From Eledone cirrhosa (Eukaryota), in NCBI GenBank assembly GCA_964016885.1, contig CAXHJY010001431.1, positions 36,001 through 100,000 of the forward strand: a stretch of 64,000 bases of DNA. Reading direction: 5' to 3'. Below the pieces are notes generated by a model, which was given only the letters and a program-made list of their open reading frames with translations, ran no database searches and had not been told where the DNA came from. A program made the position numbers and the translations under genes. Shown in pieces: positions 11,935 to 25,319 of the stretch; position 1 is the stretch's first letter, and each line of letters starts with the position of its first letter.

Positions 11935-14046
11935 TCCGCCGGCAAATTCGCATTTTTGTGATTCGTTTCTTCGAAGCACACCATTCGCTGGTGGACTTCA
12001 GCTTCCGCATTTAGCATGGGCAGCTTTTCTTGAACATCACACCACACATAGCCAATGAGTGTCTGCACATATACCAGTAATTACAGATCGATCCGACCAC
12101 GGGCGGCCGGCTCACGATCGAAAAGGTAACTCCGCCGGCAAATTCGCATTTTTGTGATTCGTTTCTTCGAAGCACACCATTCGCTGGTGGACTTCAGCTT
12201 CCTCATTTAGCATGGGCAGCTTTTCTTGAAAATCACACCACACACAGCAAATGTGTGTCTGCACATGGACCAGTAATTACAGATCGATCCGACCATAGGC
12301 GGCCGGCTCACGATCGAAAAGGTAACTCCGCCGGCAAATTCGCATTTTTGTGATTCGTTTCTTCGAAGCACACCATTCGCTGGTGGACTTCAGCTTCCGC
12401 ATTTAGCATGGGCAGCTTTTCTTGAAAATCACACCACACACAGCAAATGTGTGTCTGCACATGGACCAGTAATTACAGATCGATCCGACCACGGGCGGCC
12501 GGCCCACCATCGAAAAGGTAACTCCGCCGGCAAATTCGCATTTTTGTGATTCGTTTCTTCGAAGCACACCATTCGCTGGTGGACTTCAGCTTCCGCATTT
12601 AGCATGGGCAACTTTTCTTGAAAATCACACCACACACAGGCAATGAGTGTCTGCACATGTACCAGTAATTACAAATCGATCCGACCACGGGTGGCCGGCC
12701 ACGATCGAAAAGGTGACTCCGCCGGCAAATTCGCATTTTTGTGATTCGTTTCTTCGAAGCACACCATTCGCTGGTGGACTTCAGCTTCCGCATTTAGCAT
12801 GGGCAGCTTTTCTTGAACATCACACCACACACAGCCAATGAGTGTCTGCACATATACCAGTAATTACAGATCGATCCGACCACGGGCGGCCGGCTCACGA
12901 TCGAAAAGGTAACTCCGCCGGCAAATTCGCATTTTTGTGATTCGTTTCTTCGAAGCACACCATTCGCTGGTGGACTTCAGCTTCCTCATTTAGCATGGGC
13001 AGTTTTTCTTGAAAATCACACCACACGCAGCAAATGTGTGTCTGCACATGGACCAGTAATTACAGATCGATGCGACCATAGGCGGCCGGCCCACGATCGA
13101 AAAGGTAACTCCGCCGGCAAATTCGCATTTTTGTGATTCGTTTCTTCGAAGCACACCATTCGCTGGTGGACTTCAGCCTCCGCATTTAGCATGGGCAGCT
13201 TTTCTTGAAAATCACACCACACACAGCAAATGTGTGTCTGCACATGGACCAGTAATTACAGATCGATCCGACCACGGGCGGCCGGCCCACCATCGAAAAG
13301 GTAACTCCGCCGGCAAATTCGCATTTTTGTGATTCGTTTCTTCGAAGCACACCATTCGCTGGTGGACTTCAGCTTCCGCATTTAGCATGGGCAGCTTTTC
13401 TTGAACATCACACCACACACAGCCAATGAGTGTCTGCACATATACCAGTAATTACAGATCGATCCGACCACGGGCGGCCGGCTCACGATCGAAAAGGTAA
13501 CTCAGCCGGCAAATTCGCATTTTTGTGATTCGTTTCTTCGAAGCACACCATTCGCTGGTGGACTTCAGCTTCCTCATTTAGCATGGGCAGCCTTTCTTGA
13601 AAATCACACCACACACAGTCAATGAGTGTCTGCACATATACCAGTAATTACAGATCGATCCGACCACAGGCGGCCCGCCCACGATCGAAAAGGTAACTCC
13701 GGCGGCAAATTCGCATTTTTGTAATTCGTTTCTTCGAAGCACACCATTCGCTGGTGGACTTCAGCTTCCGCATTTAGCATGGGCAGCTTTTCTTGAAAAT
13801 CACACCACACACAGCAAATGTGTGTCTGCACATGGACCAGTAATTACAGATCGATCCGACCACGGGCGGCCGGCCCACCATCGAAAAGGTAACTCCGCCG
13901 GCAAATTCGCATTTTTGTGATTCGTTTCTTCGAAGCACACCATTCGCTGGTGGACTTCAGCTTCCGCATTTATCATGGGCAACTTTTCTTGAAAATCACA
14001 CCACACACAGGCAATGAGTGTCTGCACATGTACCAGTAATTACAGA

Positions 14047-14131
14047 TCGATCCGACCACGGGCGGCCGGCCCACGATCGAAAAGGTAACTCGATCCGACC
14101 ACGGGCGGCCGGCCACGATCGAAAAGGTAAC
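14047..14131 (+). repeat. Internal 43+42-bp duplication, copy 6
   Basis: Same GGTAACTCGATCC junction. Confidence 0.95.
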
Positions 14132-15179
14132 TCCGCCGGCAAATTCGCATTTTTGTGATTCGTTTCTTCGAAGCACACCATTCGCTGGTGGACTTCAGCT
14201 TCCGCATTTAGCATGGGCAGCTTTTCTTGAACATCACACCACACACAGCCAATGAGTGTCTGCACATATACCAGTAATTACAGATCGATCCGACCACGGG
14301 CGGCCGGCTCACGATCGAAAAGGTAACTCCGCCGGCAAATTCGCATTTTTGTGATTCGTTTCTTCGAAGCACACCATTCGCTGGTGGACTTCAGCTTCCT
14401 CATTTAGCATGGGCAGCTTTTCTTGAAAATCACACCACACACAGCAAATGTGTGTCTGCACATGGACCAGTAATTACAGATCGATCCGACCATAGGCGGC
14501 CGGCTCACGATCGAAAAGGTAACTCCGCCGGCAAATTCGCATTTTTGTGATTCGTTTCTTCGAAGCACACCATTCGCTGGTGGACTTCAGCTTCCGCATT
14601 TAGCATGGGCAGCTTTTCTTGAAAATCACACCACACACAGCAAATGTGTGTCTGCACATGGACCAGTAATTACAGATCGATCCGACCACGGGCGGCCGGC
14701 CCACCATCGAAAAGGTAACTCCGCCGGCAAATTCGCATTTTTGTGATTCGTTTCTTCGAAGCACACCATTCGCTGGTGGACTTCAGCTTCCGCATTTAGC
14801 ATGGGCAACTTTTCTTGAAAATCACACCACACACAGGCAATGAGTGTCTGCACATGTACCAGTAATTACAAATCGATCCGACCACGGGCGGCCGGCCACG
14901 ATCGAAAAGGTGACTCCGCCGGCAAATTCGCATTTTTGTGATTCGTTTCTTCGAAGCACACCATTCGCTGGTGGACTTCAGCTTCCGCATTTAGCATGGG
15001 CAGCTTTTCTTGAACATCACACCACACACAGCCAATGAGTGTCTGCACATATACCAGTAATTACAGATCGATCCGACCACGGGCGGCCGGCTCACGATCG
15101 AAAAGGTAACTCCGCCGGCAAATTCGCATTTTTGTGATTCGTTTCTTCGAAGCACACCATTCGCTGGTGGACTTCAGCC

Positions 15180-18100
15180 TCCGCATTTAGCATGGGCAGC
15201 TTTTCTTGAAAATCACACCACACACAGCAAATGTGTGTCTGCACATGGACCAGTAATTACAGATCGATCCGACCACGGGCGGCCGGCCCACCATCGAAAA
15301 GGTAACTCCGCCGGCAAATTCGCATTTTTGTGATTCGTTTCTTCGAAGCACACCATTCGCTGGTGGACTTCAGCTTCCGCATTTAGCATGGGCAGCTTTT
15401 CTTGAACATCACACCACACACAGCCAATGAGTGTCTGCACATATACCAGTAATTACAGATCGATCCGACCACGGGCGGCCGGCTCACGATCGAAAAGGTA
15501 ACTCCGCCGGCAAATTCGCATTTTTGTGATTCGTTTCTTCGAAGCACACCATTCGCTGGTGGACTTCAGCTTCCTCATTTAGCATGGGCAGCTTTTCTTG
15601 AAAATCACACCACACACAGCCAATGAGTGTCTGCACATATACCAGTAATTACAGATCGATCCGACCACAGGCGGCCGGCCCACGATCGAAAAGGTAACTC
15701 CGCCGGCAAATTCGCATTTTTGTGATTCGTTTCTTCGAAGCACACCATTCGTGGGTAGACTTCAGCTTCCGCATTTAGCATGGGCAGCTTTTCTTTAAAA
15801 TCACACCACACACAGCAAATGTGTGTCTGCACATGGACCAGTAATTACAGATCGATCCGACCATAGGCGGCCGGCCCACGATCGAAAACGTAACTCCGCC
15901 AGCAAATTCGCATTTTTGTGATTCGTTTCTTCGAAGCACACCATTCGCTGGTGGACTTCAGCTTCCGCATTTAGCATGGGCAACGTTTCGTGAAAATCAC
16001 ACCACACAGAGCAAATGTGTGTCTGCACATGGACCAGTAATTACAAATCGATCCGACCACGGGCGGCCGGCCCACGATCGAAAAGGTAACTCCGCCGGCA
16101 AATTCGCATTTTTGTGATTCGTTTTCTTCGAAGCACACCATTCGCCGCCGGACTTCAGCTTCCTCATTTAGCATGGGCAGTTTTTCTTGAAAATCACACC
16201 ACACACAGCAAATGTGTGTCTGCACATGGACCAGTAATTACAGATCGATCCGACCACGGGCAGCCGGCCCACGATCGAAAAGGTAACTCCGCCGGCAAAT
16301 TCGCATTTTTGTGATTCGTTTCTTCGAAGCACACCATTCGCTGGTGGACTTCAGCTTCCGCATTTAGCATGGGCAACGTTTCGTGAAAATCACACCACAC
16401 AGAGCAAATGTGTGTCTGCACATGGACCAGTAATTACAGATCGATCCGACCACAGGCGGCCGGCCCACGATCGAAAAGGTAACTCCGCCGGTAAATAGTC
16501 ATTTTTGTGATTCGTTTTCTTCGAAGCACACCATTCGCCGCCGGACTTCAGCTTCCTCATTTAGCATGGGCAGTTTTTCTTGAAAATCACACCACACGCA
16601 GCAAATGTGTGTCTGCACATGGACCAGTAATTACAGATCGATGCGACCATAGGCGGCCGGCCCACGATCGAAAAGGTAACTCCGCCGGCAAATTCGCATT
16701 TTTGTGATTCGTTTCTTCGAAGCACACCATTCGCTGGTGGACTTCAGCTTCCGCATTTATCATGGGCAGCTTTTCTTGAAAATCACACCACACACAGCAA
16801 ATGTGTGTCTGCACATGGACCAGTAATTACAGATCGATCCGACCACGGGCGGCCGGCCCACCATCGAAAAGGTAACTCCGCCGGCAAATTCGCATTTTTG
16901 TGATTCGTTTCTTCGAAGCACACCATTCGCTGGTGGACTTCAGCTTCCGCATTTAGCATGGGCAGCTTTTCTTGAACATCACACCACACACAGCCAATGA
17001 GTGTCTGCACATATACCAGTAATTACAGATCGATCCGACCACGGGCGGCCGGCTCACGATCGAAAAGGTAACTCCGCCGGCAAATTCGCATTTTTGTGAT
17101 TCGTTTCTTCGAAGCACACCATTCGCTGGTGGACTTCAGCTTCCTCATTTAGCATGGGCAGCTTTTCTTGAAAATCACACCACACACAGCCAATGAGTGT
17201 CTGCACATATACCAGTAATTACAGATCGATCCGACCACAGGCGGCCGGCCCACGATCGAAAAGGTAACTCCGCCGGCAAATTCGCATTTTTGTGATTCGT
17301 TTCTTCGAAGCACACCATTCGTGGGTAGACTTCAGCTTCCGCATTTAGCATGGGCAGCTTTTCTTTAAAATCACACCACACACAGCAAATGTGTGTCTGC
17401 ACATGGACCAGTAATTACAGATCGATCCGACCATAGGCGGCCGGCCCACGATCGAAAACGTAACTCCGCCAGCAAATTCGCATTTTTGTGATTCGTTTCT
17501 TCGAAGCACACCATTCGCTGGTGGACTTCAGCTTCCGCATTTAGCATGGGCAACGTTTCGTGAAAATCACACCACACAGAGCAAATGTGTGTCTGCACAT
17601 GGACCAGTAATTACAAATCGATCCGACCACGGGCGGCCGGCCCACGATCGAAAAGGTAACTCCGCCGGCAAATTCGCATTTTTGTGATTCGTTTTCTTCG
17701 AAGCACACCATTCGCCGCCGGACTTCAGCTTCCTCATTTAGCATGGGCAGTTTTTCTTGAAAATCACACCACACACAGCAAATGTGTGTCTGCACATGGA
17801 CGAGTAATTACAGATCGATCCGACCACGGGCAGCCGGCCCACGATCGAAAAGGTAACTCCGCCGGCAAATTCGCATTTTTGTGATTCGTTTCTTCGAAGC
17901 ACACCATTCGCTGGTGGACTTCAGCTTCCGCATTTAGCATGGGCAACGTTTCGTGAAAATCACACCACACAGAGCAAATGTGTGTCTGCACATGGACCAG
18001 TAATTACAGATCGATCCGACCACAGGCGGCCGGCCCACGATCGAAAAGGTAACTCCGCCGGTAAATAGTCATTTTTGTGATTCGTTTTCTTCGAAGCACA

Positions 18101-18760
18101 CCATTCGCCGCCGGACTTCAGCTTCCTCATTTAGCATGGGCAGTTTTTCTTGAAAATCACACCACACGCAGCAAATGTGTGTCTGCACATGGACCAGTAA
18201 TTACAGATCGATGCGACCATAGGCGGCCGGCCCACGATCGAAAAGGTAACTCCGCCGGCAAATTCGCATTTTTGTGATTCGTTTCTTCGAAGCACACCAT
18301 TCGCTGGTGGACTTCAGCTTCCGCATTTAGCATGGGCAGCTTTTCTTGAAAATCACACCACACACAGCAAATGTGTGTCTGCACATGGACCAGTAATTAC
18401 AGATCGATCCGACCACGGGCGGCCGGCCCACCATCGAAAAGGTAACTCCGCCGGCAAATTCGCATTTTTGTGATTCGTTTCTTCGAAGCACACCATTCGC
18501 TGGTGGACTTCAGCTTCCGCATTTAGCATGGGCAGCTTTTCTTGAACATCACACCACACACAGCCAATGAGTGTCTGCACATATACCAGTAATTACAGAT
18601 CGATCCGACCACGGGCGGCCGGCTCACGATCGAAAAGGTAACTCCGCCGGCAAATTCGCATTTTTGTGATTCGTTTCTTCGAAGCACACCATTCGCTGGT
18701 GGACTTCAGCTTCCTCATTTAGCATGGGCAGCTTTTCTTGAAAATCACACCACACACAGC
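15180..18760. repeat. 8-mer HOR, 1570-bp period, ~2.3 copies
   Basis: Identical ORF-track patterns at 15213/16783/18353, 15605/17175 and 16507/18077. 8x196+2 fits two 197-bp monomers per unit. Confidence 0.88.
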
Positions 18761-21700
18761 AAATGTGTGTCTGCACATGGACCAGTAATTACCGATCGAT
18801 CCGACCATAGGCGGCCGGCTCACGATCGAAAAGGTAACTCCGCCGGCAAATTCGCATTTTTGTGATTCGTTTCTTCGAAGCACACCATTCGCTGGTGGAC
18901 TTCAGCTTCCGCATTTAGCATGGGCAGCTTTTCTTGAAAATCACACCACACACATTCAATGAGTGTCTGCACATATACCAGTAATTACAGATCGATCCGA
19001 CCACGGGCGGCCGGCCCACGATCGAAAAGGTAACTCCGCCGGCAAATTCGCATTTTTGTGATTCGTTTCTTCGAAGCACACCATTCGCTGGTAGACTTCA
19101 GCTTCCGCATTTAGCATGGGCAGCGTTTCTTGAAAATCACACCACACACAGTCAATGAGTGTCTGCACATGTACCAGTAATTACAAATCGATCCGACCAC
19201 GGGCGGCCGGCCACGATCGAAAAGGTAACTCCGCCGGCAAATTCGCATTTTTGTGATTCGTTTCTTCGAAGCACACCATTCGCTGGTGGACTTCAGCTTC
19301 CGCATTTAGCATGGGCAGCTTTTCTTGAACATCACACCACACACAGCCAATGAGTGTCTGCACATATACCAGTAATTACAGATCGATCCGACCACGGGCG
19401 GCCGGCTCACGATCGAAAAGGTAACTCCGCCGGCAAATTCGCATTTTTGTGATTCGTTTCTTCGAAGCACACCATTCGCTGGTGGACTTCAGCTTCCTCA
19501 TTTAGCATGGGCAGCTTTTCTTGAAAATCACACCACACACAGCAGATGTGTGTCTGCACATGGACCAGTAATTACAGATCGATCCGACCATAGGCGGCCG
19601 GCTCACGATCGAAAAGGTAACTCCGCCGGCAAATTCGCATTTTTGTGATTCGTTTCTTCGAAGCACACCATTCGCTGGTGGACTTCAGCTTCCGCATTTA
19701 GCATGGGCAACGTTTCGTGAAAATCACACCACACAGAGCAAATGTGTGTCTGCACATGGACCAGTAATTACAGATCGATCCGACCACAGGCGGCCGGCCC
19801 ACGATCGAAAATGTAACTCCGCCGGTAAATAGTCATTTTTGTGATTCGTTTTCTTCGAAGCACACCATTCGCCGCCGGACTTCAGCTTCCTCATTTAGCA
19901 TGGGCAGTTTTTCTTGAAAATCACACCACACACAGCAAATGTGTGTCTGCACATGGACCAGTAATTACAGATCGATGCGACCACAGGCGGCCCGCCCACG
20001 ATCGAAAAGGTAACTCCGGCGGCAAATTCGCATTTTTGTGATTCGTTTCTTCGAAGCACACCATTCGCTGGTGGACTTCAGCTTCCGCATTTAGCATGGG
20101 CAGCTTTTCTTGAAAATCACACCACACACAGCAAATGTGTGTCTGCACATGGACCAGTAATTACAGATCGATCCGACCACGGGCGGCCGGCCCACCATCG
20201 AAAAGGTAACTCCGCCGGCAAATTCGCATTTTTGTGATTCGTTTCTTCGAAGCACACCATTCGCTGGTGGACTTCAGCCTCCGCATTTAGCATGGGCAGC
20301 TTTTCTTGAAAATCACACCACACACAGCAAATGTGTGTCTGCACATGGACCAGTAATTACAGATCGATCCGACCACGGGCGGCCGGCCCACCATCGAAAA
20401 GGTAACTCCGCCGGCAAATTCGCATTTTTGTGATTCGTTTCTTCGAAGCACACCATTCGCTGGTGGACTTCAGCTTCCGCATTTAGCATGGGCAGCTTTT
20501 CTTGAACATCACACCACACACAGCCAATGAGTGTCTGCACATATACCAGTAATTACAGATCGATCCGACCACGGGCGGCCGGCTCACGATCGAAAAGGTA
20601 ACTCCGCCGGCAAATTCGCATTTTTGTGATTCGTTTCTTCGAAGCACACCATTCGCTGGTGGACTTCAGCTTCCTCATTTAGCATGGGCAGCTTTTCTTG
20701 AAAATCACACCACACACAGCCAATGAGTGTCTGCACATATACCAGTAATTACAGATCGATCCGACCACAGGCGGCCGGCCCACGATCGAAAAGGTAACTC
20801 CGCCGGCAAATTCGCATTTTTGTGATTCGTTTCTTCGAAGCACACCATTCGTGGGTAGACTTCAGCTTCCGCATTTAGCATGGGCAGCTTTTCTTTAAAA
20901 TCACACCACACACAGCAAATGTGTGTCTGCACATGGACCAGTAATTACAGATCGATCCGACCATAGGCGGCCGGCCCACGATCGAAAACGTAACTCCGCC
21001 AGCAAATTCGCATTTTTGTGATTCGTTTCTTCGAAGCACACCATTCGCTGGTGGACTTCAGCTTCCGCATTTAGCATGGGCAACGTTTCGTGAAAATCAC
21101 ACCACACAGAGCAAATGTGTGTCTGCACATGGACCAGTAATTACAAATCGATCCGACCACGGGCGGCCGGCCCACGATCGAAAAGGTAACTCCGCCGGCA
21201 AATTCGCATTTTTGTGATTCGTTTTCTTCGAAGCACACCATTCGCCGCCGGACTTCAGCTTCCTCATTTAGCATGGGCAGTTTTTCTTGAAAATCACACC
21301 ACACACAGCAAATGTGTGTCTGCACATGGACGAGTAATTACAGATCGATCCGACCACGGGCAGCCGGCCCACGATCGAAAAGGTAACTCCGCCGGCAAAT
21401 TCGCATTTTTGTGATTCGTTTCTTCGAAGCACACCATTCGCTGGTGGACTTCAGCTTCCGCATTTAGCATGGGCAACGTTTCGTGAAAATCACACCACAC
21501 AGAGCAAATGTGTGTCTGCACATGGACCAGTAATTACAGATCGATCCGACCACAGGCGGCCGGCCCACGATCGAAAAGGTAACTCCGCCGGTAAATAGTC
21601 ATTTTTGTGATTCGTTTTCTTCGAAGCACACCATTCGCCGCCGGACTTCAGCTTCCTCATTTAGCATGGGCAGTTTTTCTTGAAAATCACACCACACGCA

Positions 21701-23510
21701 GCAAATGTGTGTCTGCACATGGACCAGTAATTACAGATCGATGCGACCATAGGCGGCCGGCCCACGATCGAAAAGGTAACTCCGCCGGCAAATTCGCATT
21801 TTTGTGATTCGTTTCTTCGAAGCACACCATTCGCTGGTGGACTTCAGCTTCCGCATTTAGCATGGGCAGCTTTTCTTGAAAATCACACCACACACAGCAA
21901 ATGTGTGTCTGCACATGGACCAGTAATTACAGATCGATCCGACCACGGGCGGCCGGCCCACCATCGAAAAGGTAACTCCGCCGGCAAATTCGCATTTTTG
22001 TGATTCGTTTCTTCGAAGCACACCATTCGCTGGTGGACTTCAGCTTCCGCATTTAGCATGGGCAGCTTTTCTTGAACATCACACCACACACAGCCAATGA
22101 GTGTCTGCACATATACCAGTAATTACAGATCGATCCGACCACGGGCGGCCGGCTCACGATCGAAAAGGTAACTCCGCCGGCAAATTCGCATTTTTGTGAT
22201 TCGTTTCTTCGAAGCACACCATTCGCTGGTGGACTTCAGCTTCCTCATTTAGCATGGGCAGCTTTTCTTGAAAATCACACCACACACAGCAAATGTGTGT
22301 CTGCACATGGACCAGTAATTACCGATCGATCCGACCATAGGCGGCCGGCTCACGATCGAAAAGGTAACTCCGCCGGCAAATTCGCATTTTTGTGATTCGT
22401 TTCTTCGAAGCACACCATTCGCTGGTGGACTTCAGCTTCCGCATTTAGCATGGGCAGCTTTTCTTGAAAATCACACCACACACATTCAATGAGTGTCTGC
22501 ACATATACCAGTAATTACAGATCGATCCGACCACGGGCGGCCGGCCCACGATCGAAAAGGTAACTCCGCCGGCAAATTCGCATTTTTGTGATTCGTTTCT
22601 TCGAAGCACACCATTCGCTGGTAGACTTCAGCTTCCGCATTTAGCATGGGCAGCGTTTCTTGAAAATCACACCACACACAGTCAATGAGTGTCTGCACAT
22701 GTACCAGTAATTACAAATCGATCCGACCACGGGCGGCCGGCCACGATCGAAAAGGTAACTCCGCCGGCAAATTCGCATTTTTGTGATTCGTTTCTTCGAA
22801 GCACACCATTCGCTGGTGGACTTCAGCTTCCGCATTTAGCATGGGCAGCTTTTCTTGAACATCACACCACACACAGCCAATGAGTGTCTGCACATATACC
22901 AGTAATTACAGATCGATCCGACCACGGGCGGCCGGCTCACGATCGAAAAGGTAACTCCGCCGGCAAATTCGCATTTTTGTGATTCGTTTCTTCGAAGCAC
23001 ACCATTCGCTGGTGGACTTCAGCTTCCTCATTTAGCATGGGCAGCTTTTCTTGAAAATCACACCACACACAGCAGATGTGTGTCTGCACATGGACCAGTA
23101 ATTACAGATCGATCCGACCATAGGCGGCCGGCTCACGATCGAAAAGGTAACTCCGCCGGCAAATTCGCATTTTTGTGATTCGTTTCTTCGAAGCACACCA
23201 TTCGCTGGTGGACTTCAGCTTCCGCATTTAGCATGGGCAACGTTTCGTGAAAATCACACCACACAGAGCAAATGTGTGTCTGCACATGGACCAGTAATTA
23301 CAGATCGATCCGACCACAGGCGGCCGGCCCACGATCGAAAATGTAACTCCGCCGGTAAATAGTCATTTTTGTGATTCGTTTTCTTCGAAGCACACCATTC
23401 GCCGCCGGACTTCAGCTTCCTCATTTAGCATGGGCAGTTTTTCTTGAAAATCACACCACACACAGCAAATGTGTGTCTGCACATGGACCAGTAATTACAG
23501 ATCGATGCGA
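16765..23510. repeat. 18-mer block duplication, 3530-bp offset (about 16765-19980 repeated at about 20295-23510)
   Basis: Offset of 3530 at 16783/20313, 17764/21294, 18956/22486 and 19841/23371. Rare SNPs GGACGAGT, TTACCGATC, CACATTCAATG and GAAAATGTAAC each occur once per copy. Confidence 0.92.
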
Positions 23511-24089
23511 CCATAGGCGGCCGGCCCACGATCGAAAAGGTAACTCCGCCGGCAAATTCGCATTTTTGTGATTCGTTTCTTCGAAGCACACCATTCGCTG
23601 GTGGACTTCAGCTTCCGCATTTAGCATGGGCAGCTTTTCTTGAAAATCACACCACACACAGTCAATGAGTCTCTGCACATATACCAGTAATTACAGATCG
23701 ATCCGACCACAGGCGGCCCGCCCACGATCGAAAAGGTAACTCCGGCGGCAAATTCGCATTTTTGTGATTCGTTTCTTCGAAGCACACCATTCGCTGGTGG
23801 ACTTCAGCTTCCGCATTTAGCATGGGCAGCTTTTCTTGAAAATCACACCACACACAGCAAATGTGTGTCTGCACATGGACCAGTAATTACAGATCGATCC
23901 GACCACGGGCGGCCGGCCCACCATCGAAAAGGTAACTCCGCCGGCAAATTCGCATTTTTGTGATTCGTTTCTTCGAAGCACACCATTCGCTGGTGGACTT
24001 CAGCTTCCGCATTTAGCATGGGCAACTTTTCTTGAAAATCACACCACACACAGGCAATGAGTGTCTGCACATGTACCAGTAATTACAGA

Positions 24090-24174
24090 TCGATCCGACC
24101 ACGGGCGGCCGGCCCACGATCGAAAAGGTAACTCGATCCGACCACGGGCGGCCGGCCACGATCGAAAAGGTAAC
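24090..24174 (+). repeat. Internal 43+42-bp duplication, copy 7 (isolated; last in window)
   Basis: Same junction, 10,043 bp after copy 6. Confidence 0.95.
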
Positions 24175-25319
24175 TCCGCCGGCAAATTCGCATTTTTGTG
24201 ATTCGTTTCTTCGAAGCACACCATTCGCTGGTGGACTTCAGCTTCCGCATTTAGCATGGGCAGCTTTTCTTGAACATCACGCCACACACAGCCAATGAGT
24301 GTCTGCACATATACTAGTAATTACAGATCGATCCGACCACGGGCGGCCGGCTCACGATCGAAAAGGTAACTCCGCAGGCAAATTCGCATTTTTGTGATTC
24401 GTTTCTTCGAAGCACACCATTCGCTGGTGGACTTCAGCTTCCTCATTTAGCATGGGCAGCTTTTCTTGAAAATCACACCACACACAGCAAATGTGTGTCT
24501 GCACATGGACCAGTAATTACAGATCGATCCGACCATAGGCGGCCGGCTCACGATCGAAAAGGTAACTCCGCCGGCAAATTCGCATTTTTGTGATTCGTTT
24601 CTTCGAAGCACACCATTCGCTGGTGGACTTCAGCTTCCGCATTTAGCATGGGCAGCTTTTCTTGAAAATCACACCACACACAGCAAATGTGTGTCTGCAC
24701 ATGGACCAGTAATTACAGATCGATCCGACCACGGGCAGCCGGCCCACCATCGAAAAGGTAACTCCGCCGGCAAATTCGCATTTTTGTGATTCGTTTCTTC
24801 GAAGCACACCATTCGCTGGTGGACTTCAGCTTCCGCATTTAGCATGGGCAACTTTTCTTGAAAATCACACCACACACAGGCAATGAGTGTCTGTACATGT
24901 ACCAGTAATTACAAATCGATCCCAACACGGGCGGCCGGCCACGATCGAAAAGGTAACTCCGCCGGCAAATTCGCATTTTTGTGATTCGTTTCTTCGAAGC
25001 ACACCATTCGCTGGTGGACTTCAGCTTCCGCATTTAGCATGGGCAGCTTTTCTTGAACATCACACCACACACAGCCAATGAGTGTCTGCACATATACCAG
25101 TAATTACAGATCGATCCGACCACGGGCGGCCGGCTCACGATCGAAAAGGTAACTCCGCCGGCAAATTCGCATTTTTGTGATTCGTTTCTTCGAAGCACAC
25201 CATTCGCTGGTAGACTTCAGCTTCCGCATTTAGCATGGGCAGCGTTTCTTGAAAATCACACCACACACAGTCAATGAGTGTCTGCACATATACCAGTAAT
25301 TACAGATCGATCCGACCAC

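Larger units (their letters stand above)
1050..15175. repeat. HOR domain 1: 14-mer (2786 bp) with 11-mer (2197 bp) and 13-mer (2590 bp) deletion variants
   Basis: The 238-bp marker monomer recurs at 1491, 4277, 7063, 9260, 11850 and 14047 (spacings 2786, 2786, 2197, 2590, 2197). Domain-typical SNPs GGTGACT, TTTGTAATTCG and TTTATCATGGGCAAC recur with it. Boundaries are approximate. Confidence 0.93.
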
